DNA of 63,044 bases, the filler included, from Hyphochytrium catenoides (taxonomy: Eukaryota > Protista > Hyphochytriomycota), in the NCBI GenBank assembly GCA_900088475.1. It is 10 parts of 10 records of this genome, joined end to end, with 100 filler letters (N's around TTAATTAATTAA, not from the genome) between each part and the next. Parts side by side here need not be neighbours in the genome. Positions count along the whole stretch, not along the records: positions 43,039 to 54,904 come from FLMG01003863.1; positions 55,005 to 56,074 come from FLMG01002725.1; positions 56,175 to 61,725 come from FLMG01000689.1; 7 more parts are not named here. One strand, written 5' to 3'. A program made the translations under genes and the position numbers. Under the pieces are notes generated by a model. The model worked only from the letters and a program-made list of their open reading frames with translations. It had not been told where the DNA came from and did no database searches. Below are positions 48,093 to 60,236 of this stretch, piece by piece. Each line of letters starts with the position of its first letter. The stretch's first letter is position 1.

Positions 48093-49241
48093 AGTAGATA
48101 AGAGCGAAAGGAACGCCAGTGACGGGCGTCCAGTCCGCCACTACTTCTAGTTGCTACTTTGACAGCTCTCGTTGCTCTCGCCCTTGCGCAGAAAGGAGAT
48201 GGAATGAAGGTAGAATTGACTGGACTCAGTCTGACTTCATCCTACATCACCGTGTTGCTCGGCCAAGAAACAAAGTGGCCTACACTACGGCACTGCAGGA
48301 TGAGGAAACAAGTCAGCAGACCCCAACCACGGACGCTCTCGTACGAAGGCTAAGATAGCCAGCCACTTACATGATTAGCCTAGAGGGCTAACATTAAGGT
48401 TTAGGGAACTCTTGGTCTTACACAGCCAGCGCCCTAGGGGCGCCTATATACATACATACCAGGCCCCGCTGCTGAAGAAGGGGAGAAGATAGCGGGACGT
48501 AAAGGTACTATGCAAGGGGTGTTGTTTAGTGCTGAACCTACATTATAGCGGGACAGGTCTCGCCTCTGTAAGATGTTTATATAGAATCTATTTTGCCTTC
48601 AGGCAGCAAGGCAGGTTGTACACTCATACATAGCAAGGTGACAGATCGGCTCGGCTTCTGTCTCGAACGACCTCCATATACTTTGACAGAGCACTGAGCG
48701 GCTGCTGCGAAATTAGTTCTTGATAAAGGACTTGGAGGTAATCGAGGGGCAGGACAGAGGCTGACACAGGAACAGACGAAACCGGTTTACCCGCAGGAAA
48801 GAGAGATATGAAGAAAGCGAACTTCAGCGGAGGAGCGGTTCGACACGCTGGCCTAAAGCTGAAACAGAGACAAGGAGACAAACTGCGTTGTGTTTGCGAT
48901 ATCGAAGGATTGGGCTGTGTTATTTATTCTAAACTTACTATACAACTTCACAGCCAGACCAGACAGGTCAGTCTTCTAAAAAAAACATAGGACAGCACGA
49001 AGTGGCTGCCCCAACTGTGGCTCCTCCTTGATAGGACCCGGTGGATGACAAGAGGCAAGACGAGAAAGAGAGACATGACAAAGGAACAGGTAAGTAATAG
49101 ATAAGAAGAGACATGAGGAGAGATGGAGAAAAGAGGGCCCAGCGCTAGAGAGGGCGAGGGCACGAGACGGAAAAGGTTGCTGCCCGTAAGAAGAAGGAGA
49201 CGAGCAATGATGTTCTATGGTACAAAAAGAGAGAGAATCTC

Positions 49242-52200
49242 TCAGTCTAAGCTTGCCCTCTCGCTCCGTCCTTCTGGACGAGAGCTCCATAGGAGTGTGA
49301 GCGATGAGAGCTCTGCCTCTGAAGGCAATGCCGAAGCTTGGTGGGCCGGCCCGCTAGATGTGAAGCCATCGCCCTCATCATCAACATCAGAGGCAGCTTC
49401 TAGATCCTGCATGTATTGCCTGAAGTCCTCTGTAGAGCTGCGGCCCGAAAACTGCTCTGAGGGAGAAGGACCCGGGGTGCAGATCTGGTCGGAACACGCA
49501 GGAGTCTGAAGAGACTTCTTTCCTTCTGTCACCGTCTCCAGATCCTGATTGACCAGCGCGAACAGCCGACGAGCAAAGGGGAAATTGAGGAAGGTGAGGA
49601 GTTGTGAGAGGACGAACAACAGTTTTAGCGGGCCACTCACCCTCTCAAAGGCTTCTTTTTCTTGCCTATCCAGGCGCAATGCTCGAATGATGAAGAAGAG
49701 CACGGTGATCACGATAGCAATGAAGACGTAGATCGGGAGAAGATTTAGGGAGTCTGGACGCCTGACTTGAGCACTAGCAGGCTTCTGTGTGTCTGTCATT
49801 TACAGACAAAACAGGTTATTAGCAATAAGAGAGGGGAAGAGAGAGAGAGAGAGAGAGAGTATGACAGCGAAAGAAAGCTAGTCACGGAGAACTAAAGGAG
49901 AGAGCAGAGAGAAAGAGAAAGACAGCTAGAGAACGAAAGAAGAAAGAAAGAGAGAAAGGTTAAACACACAGACTGACATAGCACAGTAAAGAGATGAGAA
50001 GTCCAGGATGGACCCTTTCGATGGTCGTACGGACCAATCTCAAGCAGAGAACAGAGGGACGAGCCACAAGAGAGAAGGAAAGGTAGGACAAGCAGTCTGA
50101 GACGCCAGGAAGGACAAAAGTGGCGAGCAACTCACTCTCAAATGACTTCGGATCAGTGCACAAGTAAGCATTCCTCGTGCCATTGCCGTGAGAGGTCCCG
50201 CACTTGAAGAGCCTCTTTCCGCCTCCCGAACCTATCGCCTTCTCTCTCTCCAGACAGGTGGACTCACAGCAGTCTCCCCCATCGTATCCACAAGCCGCAT
50301 TGTTGTTCACCTCATCGCACCAACCGTCTCCCCTCCAGCTTTCCATAGCGCATTGCTCCTTAGGGAAAGGACAGTTGGGCTTGTGTCTGCAAAAGAGAAA
50401 GTTGAAATAATCTGCCTTCTCTTCCTCGCTCTTTTTCTCGAGATCGCTGCCATCCAGAAACTCAGGCCCCGTGCTGATGATAGAGTCAAGAGGAAAGAGC
50501 CCAGAAACGAGAAGAAGATGCATCAGATGGACAGAGAGCCAACCCTGCATGTGTCCCTGTTGGTCCACCGCGAAGGTCACTTCATTCTTCTTCAGCCGCC
50601 TCAGAATGTCATCATCGACATCAAAGGTAGCCATCCTTCGACCATTTGTCAGGTCTTTGAACACCTTATCGTCCGCGGATAGCGTCCCAAACAGTGCAGA
50701 GGTCGCTGACAGTATACCTGTGACTGTAAGATTCTCCGCCCCCAGCTTGTTCATCCGCTGGTTTAGCCCTGCAACAGGATCTGGACTAGACCCGTTAACG
50801 AATACTTCGGACCAGTAGGCCGTCTTCTTCTTCGCGATAAGGCCATCCTGATAGCCCTGACAGCGCTGGTCCAGTGCGGTGTTCCCGAGCTCGTGGATAA
50901 GGCAGAGCGTGCTGGTGGTCTCAGGATGCTGCGTAAGAAATACCTCTCCTGATCTCTTGCCTGCTTGGTACTCGTTTTGCCCTACGTGCACAACGAGCCT
51001 ATCCACCTGGAGCTTGCCTATAGCTTCGTACCCTGAGTTGATCGAGACCATTGGGATAGAGCTCTTATCTGCCAACTTGATGGCGTCCTTGAGCCCATCC
51101 ACGCTAGGGATCGACAGGATAATGCCTGAAGTTCCTCGACTCTCGGCAACCGCTCTTTCTACCTTTTCTGCCATGTCTTTAACGTCAAAGACGTTGCTTG
51201 TTATCAAATAATTCAGTTTACCCTGTCCTGGACAGTTGAAGCTCCCTCCTCCGTCTACCCGAGGCGCCGTGCAGTTGAGACCGAGGCCCAGATCGTGCGC
51301 TGCAAGCTCCACTCCGGCACTTACAATCTTCCAAAAGTCGTTAGTAGGATACCCGTGAGTCACCATCGTAATATCCAGGTCTTGAGGCCGACTCAGAGCC
51401 CAACCGCCACCTCTTTTAGAGAGAGAAGACCTGGGTCCTGAGCGGATAACGCGCATACTGGGTCTGAAGCCGCGAGTCAGGCGATAGACAGAGAGAGCGA
51501 CGGATAAATAGCCCTGAAGATAAGGCTGGGTATCGATTGTCTCAAAGAGCTTTTGCGGAGAGGTGCGGGCTTTGTGGGCGGCAATGCTTCCAAGAGACGT
51601 GAGGAAAATTGGAGATTCCGTGCTTGGGCCCTCCTCTCCTGGTGTTTTTAAGTCTCTCGCAGAGAGAGCATTTTCGACCAGATGCTGGGACTTCTCTCCT
51701 ACAGAGAAGATGTGCACTATTCTTTTGTCCTTCCTCATCATCTCTGTCATATTAGCCAAGGCCAGTGCGGCCTGGTCCCCGGTGAAGACTCTACTGTCAC
51801 ACAACATAGCTTGCTTGTCACACGCCGCCTTTAGTCCCCGTCCATACCCGCGACACATAAGACTCTCGGACAAATCCAGCGCACTATCCCGTACGCAGAT
51901 GCCAGTCAAAAGGGACGAAGTAGACACCTTCATACCCGCACTGAACCCGGCCGAATAGCCTACCTCTGTGTCATTGACGCCGATGTGCAGCCGCTTAGAT
52001 GTCGTCCAGTCCCCATAGCTTCCCACCGTGACAATAGTCCAGTTAGCTGATAACGCGTCGAGCTTGCCCAAAATACTAGGAGAGCCTTCTGTCGCTAGAA
52101 TAGGGACGATAAGAATGTTTCGCGCGGCGTCTATCTCCCTTGAAAGACGAGCCAGAGTGTTCTGAACAATCATCTCCTGGGCCTCTCGTGATGACGAGAG

Positions 52201-52518
52201 ATTTGAAGAGCTCTCTACTATGGAAAGGTTGCCTCCAAAGGGTTCCCATAGCTTTGCCTCTACTTTCATCACTTTGGCTGCCTCCAGTACTCCTCTGGAC
52301 ACTTCGTACCAGTGAGAGCTGACATTAGAAGAGAGGTAGACCGGTGAGAGAAAGTGGACGGAGAGGCCTGAACGAGAGAGACACGCCTTCCCGCATTCTA
52401 TGTCAGAACCATTCGACTCGCCGATTGTAGAGAGCGCCAGGAGGAGATAGCAGAGAGAGAGGACGAGAGCCGTTTTGTGGCCTCTCTCTCTCTCTTGCTC
52501 CCTCCTCCAGGGCTTCAT
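49242..52518 (-). CDS. Single-pass membrane protein: signal peptide, two type I periplasmic sugar-binding-like domains, LNR/Notch-like Cys module, TM helix, acidic Ser-rich tail; exons 52518-50136, 49792-49641, 49544-49242
   Basis: ITMVTHGYPTNDFWKIVSAG, IPMVSINSG, VHVGQNEYQAG, ELGNTALDQRCQG, FAVDQQGHMQGW; WRGDGWCDEVNNNAACGYDGGDCC; TM LLPIYVFIAIVITVLFFII followed by RALR. Introns are phase-consistent. Confidence 0.8.
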
Positions 52519-53684
52519 GGTCCCCCGTAGGGCAAGGACAGCTTTCAGACTAAGCTGTGGTGACACCGCCACGGAGCCATGAAGAGAGAGAGAGAGAGAC
52601 AGAGGGAGAATCGATAGATAGAGAGAGAGAGAGAAAGACAACGAGAGAGGTGGCGCGACGGAAGGGTTTGTGGGGAAAGACTGCTCCTAACAGCCCGACG
52701 TCTCCCTTTTCTCTTCAGAGCTCACAAATATTATCTTTGCTCTACCGGCCTCTCCAGCAAGGAGAACGAGAAAGAAAGTAGCGGTAAAACTCTTCCGCCC
52801 TCATCTGAGCTTGGGCATACAGAGATCGCTAGAGAGAACTGAAGGAGAAGACAGTTGGAGATAGCGGCGAGGAAGGAGATTTCCTCTTTCCTCTCATTCC
52901 ATCGTGATTTCCCCCTTTGCTTGCTCAAAGAAATGGCTCGGATGACGGCAAGCCCTGCTATCTAGGGTTCACCTTCCAACGGTCTGTGATGCGCGGAAGG
53001 GGAAAAGAGCGAAAGAGAGAAAGAGAGAGAGGAAAATCAGAGGAAGGACAAAGAGAGGGAAACGGGAGCGTTCACAGAGGTTGGCAAGAGAGAGTTAAAG
53101 AGATAAGGAAGTCAGTCAATTGTAGAGACTCTGCCTGCTGCATGTGGGGCTGGTGCCGTCACTAGCTGATGAGAGACGCTATGATGAGATGACCAGGAAA
53201 GAAAAAGAAGCTCTCTACTTTTTTGCTTTTTGGAGACGGGCGCCGGTCCTCGCTCTACCCTCTTTCTCCTCTCACACGCTTTCCTCTCTCTTCTCTCTCT
53301 TTGTCTCTCTCTTGCTTGTGCTCGATATTCCCTCTCTCCTTGTCTCTCTTTCTCTCTCTCTCTCTCTTTTGCTCTTTTTCTCTTTTGAAGGAGTTGAGGG
53401 GGAAAGTTCGACGAGGTCCTGCCAACACCATTCCTCAAGAAAGAAAACAAAGGTCAATAGAGTTCGTAGAGAAGGGATAAGAAACAGAGATGAGAGAGAC
53501 AGTGGTGAGAGAAAGAGTGGGTGGAAGAGAGAGACAGAGAGAGAGAGAGAGAAAACAGGAGCTACCAAGATAAGAGAGAGCAAGAGGGGGTAAAGAAGAG
53601 ATAATGTAGGGCATGTACAGGTAACTTTTGATACAGGAAGAGGGAGAAGAGTGTAAAGCCAGAGAGGGAGAGAGAAAGAGAGAA

Positions 53685-53728
<44 letters not shown>

Positions 53729-55004
53729 CGGGGGTCTGAAGGTGAGTCTAAGAGGGCGGAGACAGGGCGGCAGCAGGGCTGAAGGCCAAACCTTGGCGAG
53801 ACAGAGCAATAGTGTAGATACACCAAAGGAAACTTTGCAACTTCATAAACGAAACTAACAGTCCAATATTTTCGCTGTATATAACACAGGAATATGCATT
53901 TTTTAAGCTCGTTCATCATATATTTCCGTAAAGCTTTCACGTGTGGGTGATGGAGCAATTGAGGCGGGCGTATCTTCTCTGAGAAAAGCAGGACAGCTGC
54001 TACGCAGGACAGGGCGAGTATCTCAGGGCTAGATGCAATAATCTTTGAACCACAGTTTTATTCCTCCTTACACCTCGTTATATAAGATTCTTTGTACGGC
54101 CCTTTTAGATGTCATGAAAAAGAGGTATACGTAAGGCCTAAGGGTCGGCTAAGCTTTGGAATTAGCTGGACAATGGTAGGCACTATAGGAACCTTCGAGT
54201 CTTGCTAAAAAGCGGACTATTATTAGATTGCTACGAATGGGGACCTTTGAAGTGGAATCAGAAAGGCGGTTTATGATTGAGTAGTACTAATTTGTTGGGG
54301 GTCGCGCTTCAGACATGCGGTCCTGTTTGTCTCTAAATATAAAGGGCAGACGAGGATGGAAGACCAAAAATCCAGAAAGAGAGCGAGTGTGGAAGAGAGA
54401 GGAAACGCCGTGAAGAACTAGAGAAAAAAGAAAGAGAAAGAGCGAGGGAAAGAGAAAGAGAGAGGGAGAAAGGGAGTGCAGAGAGAGAGGAAGAGCGTAA
54501 AGAGATAGCTTTGTAGGAAAGAGAGAGAGAGAGAGAGAGAGCACCATAGGACTGCAAGCAGTGCTTTCCTACCTTCCTCTTTGTGTAGCTCTGGGTAACT
54601 TGAAGCTTGCGTTTCCGTCCACTAGCCCTCTCGTCACTTCCCGTCACCATTCCTTTCTTCTTTCTTCCTTCTTCCTTTCTTCTACTCTCTCCCCTCCGTT
54701 TTATCACCTTTTGCCCTCCTCAAAAAAAGGACGATCGTTTTTTGTCGCCTTCTGTCTATTTGCTGGGCGGTCTGTTTTTTGCTTTCTTTCTCCTCTCTCT
54801 CTTTCTTCTCTGCACAAGTTATTGAACATGTACTTTTATCTTATTTCGCTGAGCGTAAGCGAAGCGTCTAGTGGATAGAGCATGAGCCCTCCCAATAAAT
54901 CATCNNNNNNNNNNNNNNNNNNNNNNNNNNNNNNNNNNNNNNNNNNNNTTAATTAATTAANNNNNNNNNNNNNNNNNNNNNNNNNNNNNNNNNNNNNNNN
55001 NNNN

Positions 55005-55700
55005 GGCGGGAGGGGGAGAAGGGTAGAGACAGCGGTAGCAGGCGCTTCCTCTAAAGTTGAAGACAGAAATCTGTCCCTCCAGTCCTACGGCACTTCCAGA
55101 GACAAGTGGCTTCTTATAGAGGACGCAGGCATCATTTATCAGATATCGTGTCTAACAGGCGGAAGATTGATGGTGAAAGGTGTAAGGCAAGGCAGGCTTG
55201 TCAGTCAATCGGGACACGGAGAGCAAAGCTTGGGCCCACATGTAGATAGAGACCCAACCGGTCGCCGTGGCAACTTTAACAAGACAATGAGAATGTAAAA
55301 GAAACAAAAGAGGGATCTCGACAGCTAGCGCACTCATAGAGAGGCTCAGCGGGTATAGACCCATCCCACCGGTCAGGCCTTTCTCTCCTGACTGTTTGCC
55401 TTCCCTTGCTGGCTAAGGCTGTCTTCACCCACAAAAGCTTTGTCTCCTCTTCGACCTCATGCAGCATTCACCGAACAAACTGGCTCATCCTCACTCTTTC
55501 ATTCCGTCCGCCTAAAGCAGTACCTGTGGATTATCGGTGGCGTCTACGACAATGTCATAGTCCCTGACAATGGATTCGGCAGTCTCAGCGCTAAACCTAA
55601 CATTATGCGTCACGCATTGAGCTAAAGGATTCAAGCCTCGGATGGAAGTCGTGGCAGAGTCGACTTTGAGAACTCCTTGTCGATCGTTTGTGTGGATGAT
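55005..55700 (-). CDS. MOCS3: MOCS3/UBA4 (MoeB/ThiF adenylyltransferase), two internal exons 55700-55524 and 55151-55005; absent from the supplied ORF track
   Basis: Manual translation: [22 protein letters not shown]...[12 protein letters not shown] / [48 protein letters not shown]. Confidence 0.9.
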
Positions 55701-56174
55701 CTATAAGAGAAGTGGGTTTATGACGAGAGCGACAGGGAGAGAAGAGCGCGGGAGAGTGAGTGTGTGAGAGCGAGAGGGAAGAGAGCGGAAGTAGTAAGTG
55801 CAACCAGCGAACCACCGTGCGAGAGAGAAGGTATACTCGTCCATATCTATGATTGTGTCAGGAGGGGACAGCTTAGACAAGGGAACGGAGGAGGAGCACT
55901 AAGTAAAAGAAGTGATGGAAAGAGAGGAAGCGGAGAGCTTAAGATGGGGCATGAGAGAAACATATAGTGCGAAGAAGGAGTGAGATAGAGAGAGGACTAA
56001 GACGAAAGAAGAGCACCACACAGAACGAGCAAGGTCAGGAGAAAGGACTACGTTCTTAGGAAAAGAAAGGGAGANNNNNNNNNNNNNNNNNNNNNNNNNN
56101 NNNNNNNNNNNNNNNNNNTTAATTAATTAANNNNNNNNNNNNNNNNNNNNNNNNNNNNNNNNNNNNNNNNNNNN

Positions 56175-56488
56175 ACATCCCTCTTTCCCATAACACAGGT
56201 GTACCCGTAACGTCTACGTCCCTGCTGAGAGCTAGGTGTGTATAGAGAGTGACTACTGTACTACTGACAACGAACATAGTAGCACTCAACAAAGAACCCC
56301 TGGTATATAAACAAAAACGGAGTTAGTCAAGTGTACGTTTGGTGTATGGTGCATACTGGTTAGGGTGCCGGCATCAAAGACAGAGGTCCTGGGTTCGAAT
56401 CCCGGAGTGTACAAAACTTTTCTCCGGTATATCCAGACACCGCCCAATATTTGTTTAAGTGCTCACCATCCAATGATAAAATCTAACA
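56175..56488. mobile_element. LTR-B end (minus, 56175-56291) abutting the interior of LTR-A (plus, 56292-56488)
   Basis: GCACTCAACA terminus joined to aagaacccctggTATATAAA; LTR-A ends AAATCTAACA at 56488. Confidence 0.8.
56333..56413 (+). ncRNA. tRNA-like Pol III module inside LTR-A
   Basis: TATATAAA 29 nt upstream, acceptor stem GTACGTT/AGTGTAC+A, A-box-like TGGTGTATGG, B box GGTTCGAATCCC in a 5-bp T arm, TTTT at 56418-56421. Confidence 0.7.
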
Positions 56489-56489
56489 A

Positions 56490-57143
56490 AACGTACTCGT
56501 AAAGGGCTTCGTGAGATAATTGGCGACCATGGCTGCAGGGGGACTATAAACTAGCTTACTTCTCCCATGGGCTACCTTCTCTTGCAGGACACAGTGCTTG
56601 ACATCCAGTGTATTTGACGTTGGTCCGAGGAGAGAAGCAGACAGCGATGGCATCTTGTTGTCCTGGCCAATAGGGATGGGAAGCTGGTGCGAGAAGCCCA
56701 GCTCGCTCAGGAAGACACTAAAATGCTCCCAACCTCACTCGCGGACCATAGAGAAACGCAATGCGCTTCGGTGGTTGAGGAAGCCCGAAGAGACTGCTTC
56801 TTTGACTTCCGCGCAAAGGCCCCGCCGTTCAGACTCAAGAAATAGCCTGTGATGGACTTGCGGTCTGCCGGGTCACTAGCAAACAGCATCAGCCTGGACA
56901 GAGAGTTGGAATAGGAGCATTCCCTCCTCTTGAGTTGCCTTCAGGTAGGTGAAGATACGTTTGACAGCCTCCCAGTGGACGTGGCCGAAGGCAGTTATAT
57001 GTTGACTCACATCACAGCTTGCACTGCATAAGCAATGTCAGGCCGCGTACAGATCATGACATACAGCAAGGAACCCACTGCTTGACGATAGGGGGTGCGA
57101 GCCAACCCGTCAGCTTCATCATCAGAAAGAGGAATGGTTGGTA
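56490..57143 (-). pseudogene. Copia RT C-terminus / RNase H fragment
   Basis: PYRQAVGSLLYVMICTRPDIAYAV, FASDPADRKSITGY, KSKKQ..ASSTTEA, MVANYLTKP. Confidence 0.9.
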
Positions 57144-57455
57144 TGTTGAACTGTGATCGACGCTGGAACCAGAAAGTGTACAGCGGACGACGCACAGGGG
57201 AAAACCCCTGGTATATAAACAAAGCGGAGATTAGTTAAAGAGTACGTTTGGTGTATTATGGTGCATACTGGTTAGGGTGTCGGCATCAAAACAAAGGTCC
57301 TGGGTTCGAATCCCGGGGCGTACAATGGTGAACTGTGATTGACGCTGGAACCAGAAAGTGTACAGTGGAAGACGCAGAGGGGAAAAACCCCTGGTATATA
57401 AACAAACCGGAGATTAGTTAAAGAGTACGTTTGGTGTATGGTGCATACTGGTTAG
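57144..57455 (+). mobile_element. Two tandem partial LTR-A copies (57144-57325 and 57326-57455); tRNA-like module at 57242-57324
   Basis: TGTTGAACTGTGAT start; first copy ends GGTTCGAATCCCGGGGCGTACAA; second starts TGGTGAACTGTGAT and is cut at TGGTTAG by an LTR-B-like end TGATGAG at 57456. Confidence 0.8.
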
Positions 57456-57589
57456 TGATGAGGTTACCAGAGGTAGATGTTGATGAGTCTGAAGCTCTGT
57501 CTAGATGAAACGATAACAAAGGGACTTGATGATGATTATCTGTGAATTGACTCAATCAATGTCACTCTTGGTGCTCTGCTGATCTTACT

Positions 57590-59580
57590 GATTATGTGGG
57601 ATGATTGGACAATGTCATTAGATGAGAGTGCTCTACTTATAAGCCCAACTGGGTCCCATAATCTAGAGTTATTCTGACTATGCCAACTATTCCGAATAAA
57701 CCCTAAGATATTCAGTCATAGAGAAACCCCTGTCTCGAACAGTCACTCTTGAAGGTATTCCGGGGTACTGACCATAAGCCATAGATATAAACAGGGACAT
57801 TTCGTTCGCTTCATATCTCGGCTTCTAATGGGAGTTTAGAGCTGAAACTTGGGTAGTTAAGCTTGCCAGCTCGTAGTCCACATAGCTGTGTCTTCAGACT
57901 CCAACACCTTCCCGCAGCTCGAACTCCCTATTATGAAGGGTCGAAGCTGAACATTCAGCACCCCGCATGCTGTAGACCCGCTAGAAAGAATTACTTGGTT
58001 CTTGGGTTTCCATTGCACACATTTCTCGACGTACGATGAACAGCGAGGTTGGCGAGATGTTGTTTCCTTAGCCTTTTTGATAAACGCGTCGAGATCTCCA
58101 GAAAATTCCACATTGTCTGATTGCTTCAGCGCTAGGTAGAAAGTGTGGAGAATATTGTAATCAGCGTCAAGCTTTTCTTGATTCGAAAGCCTGCGTAATG
58201 ATCAATTGCCCTTCATTTGGATCCTTGGTTGGGACCTTGTTGTTGGTTGATTCCTGTCCGTGCTTCCTCTTCGGAAAGAGATAAGCTAGTTTGTTGTTGA
58301 GATGTTTCCTTAGATGAGCTGGTTGTGTTCTTCAGTTCTTCTCAGTATTGCCTTGACTGCTTCACGATAAGAAGTCTTCTTCTTCGATGAAGATAAATCA
58401 ATAATTTTCTTCATAGCTTTTGACAGATTCCTTTTAGAGCGTGATTTTTAGAAAGACGGTCTGTGATGAGCGTTCTGCTCGAGTTCCCAGCATTTCTCCG
58501 AAGGATGGCTGCGACTTCCGCAAACTCCGGCCATTGGTCGCGAACTCTAATGTTTGCATGATGACGATGAACCTGGATGAGCCTTGTTCTTGGTCTCGCG
58601 ATGACGGTGATGATGAGGTTCCTTTTGCGTATGTTGATGTAGAGTGTATGCTGCAAAGCCTTCTTCTTCTTCATCATCACTCTTGTTGGTAGTGCGCATA
58701 GCACGTCTTCGGTGTTGTTCGCCGATAAGAATATCATCTATGGCACTTGCACATAGTTCCCCCGTTCCAAGCACTTGGATGGCTTGAGCAATACCTTCAT
58801 ATGAAGGTGGAAGGGCCATAAGTACTGCGGATTTGTAGAGGTTGTCGTAGAAATCTTTCTTCTCCATCATTTCTCGAAGTAAATCAGGCTTTCTTCTCTG
58901 CTTGCACAGAAAGAGACTAATATCTTGTTCTTCGTCTACCTTTGCCGATAAGGAGGTAAGAGTAGTCATAATGTTGTTTGCGCTTCTGCTCTCAACAAAA
59001 GATTCTTCCAATTTGAGCCAAGCTTCTCTCGCAGTTCTTCTACGAGGTAGAAGTGGAATAATGTTGTCAGCCACTGCGAAAACAATCTTGTTGAACGCCC
59101 TTTGTCATTCCTTAGCCAAGAAGACTGCGTCGTCGCCCTGGACGTAGACATGGGCTTGTTGTTTGAGGAGATATCAGGAGATTGTTGGCTCCCGTCAACA
59201 TGATGAAGAAGGTTCAGTTCATCAAGATAAGCCTCCATCTTCAATCGCCAAACGGGTAGTCCTCCATCCCTTGTAGCTCTGATATCATAACCACGAAAGA
59301 GCTCAAAATGTTGATGTCTGGCGGCTTGAAATAGATCTTGATAATGAGAATGGAAGAGAAATGGACAATATTAGAATTTGTGTCCGTAGGATTGGTGTTC
59401 TTCTCGCCTTGATAAATGGGACGATATCTCCAAAACGAAGCGGTTTCAGAAGAAAATAATGGCACAATGAACTCAGCGATGTCAATTTACCCCTCTCACT
59501 CTTTGCAAGCTCCGAAAAGAGTTGATTTTGGGCCGAAATCGTGCTTGAAATTTTCCCTTTATAAAAAAGTGGCTCGTATA
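57590..59580 (-). mobile_element. Second, decayed copy of the gag-only copia element; 3' LTR-C at ~57590-57906
   Basis: Colinear with about 13620-15630, including gag (frameshifted), the post-gag segment, both purine tracts and the LTR. Confidence 0.9.
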
Positions 59581-59762
59581 TGTTACAGTGGAACATAGTG
59601 GGCACCACAGAGTCAACTTGTGTATTCCGGTGCTAATTAGTCTTGACATTATCTAGGGCTTAGGATCCCTATAGTTATGCCTAACTACAGTACCAGAGGC
59701 AGAGGTCACGTATGATAATGTTCCAGGTACCTCTGAACTCTGTAACATGCCCTCCCCCTTAA
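59581..59762 (-). mobile_element. LTR-F: 167-bp LTR (59581-59747) with adjacent polypurine tract
   Basis: 8-bp inverted termini TGTTACAG...CTGTAACA; minus-strand AAGGGGGAGGGCA lies immediately 5' of it; interrupts the gag-only element leader. Confidence 0.6.
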
Positions 59763-59929
59763 GCTCTAGAAGAGCTTCACTAAGACAGGACCAACTGAAA
59801 ATTCCTTAGCGCAGGGTCTCAACTCATGGAAAAAACTCATCCACCAGAGGGAAAACCCAATGAGCTTCACTGACCAAGTCAACGCTTCGGTGGAGCAAAG
59901 AACTAGGAGAACAGACAAGTAACAGAACC

Positions 59930-60236
59930 TGTTTGATTATATGGGATGGATGTCATTAGATGAGAGTGCTCTACTTATAAGCCCAACTGGGGTCCCATAA
60001 TCTAGAGCTATTCTGACTATGCCAACTATTCCGAATAAACCCTAAGATATTCAGTCATAGAGAAAACCCTGTCTAGAACAGTCATTCTTGAAGGTATTTC
60101 GGGGTACTGACCATAAGCCATAGATATAAACAGGGGCATTTCGTTTGCTTCATATNNNNNNNNNNNNNNNNNNNNNNNNNNNNNNNNNNNNNNNNNNNNN
60201 NNNNNNNNNNNNNNNNNNNNNCCTCAGACTCCAACA
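59930..60236 (-). mobile_element. Solo LTR-C
   Basis: Homologous to 15315-15638; TSD GAACC at 59925-59929 and 60237-60241. Confidence 0.85.

Noticed and set aside
44485-52518. Bacterial contamination or an operon
   Set aside because: Both genes carry spliceosomal introns, and the segment contains host-type GA microsatellites.
56333-56413. A genuine tRNA-Leu(CAA) or opal-suppressor tRNA gene
   Set aside because: The D region is enlarged, the anticodon stem is mismatched in individual copies, there is no long variable arm, and it always lies inside an LTR.
56292-57325. A complete TRIM formed by two LTR-A copies around an RNase H fragment
   Set aside because: No PBS or PPT at the junctions, and both LTR ends cut into pol coding sequence, which fits independent insertions.
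57456-57545. Hammerhead ribozyme (TGATGAG...GAAAC)
   Set aside because: The core lacks the CTGA consensus and convincing stems; the sequence is explained as the LTR-B terminus.
59930-60236. 5' LTR of the second gag-only element
   Set aside because: It has its own GAACC TSD and no full PBS, so it is a solo LTR.
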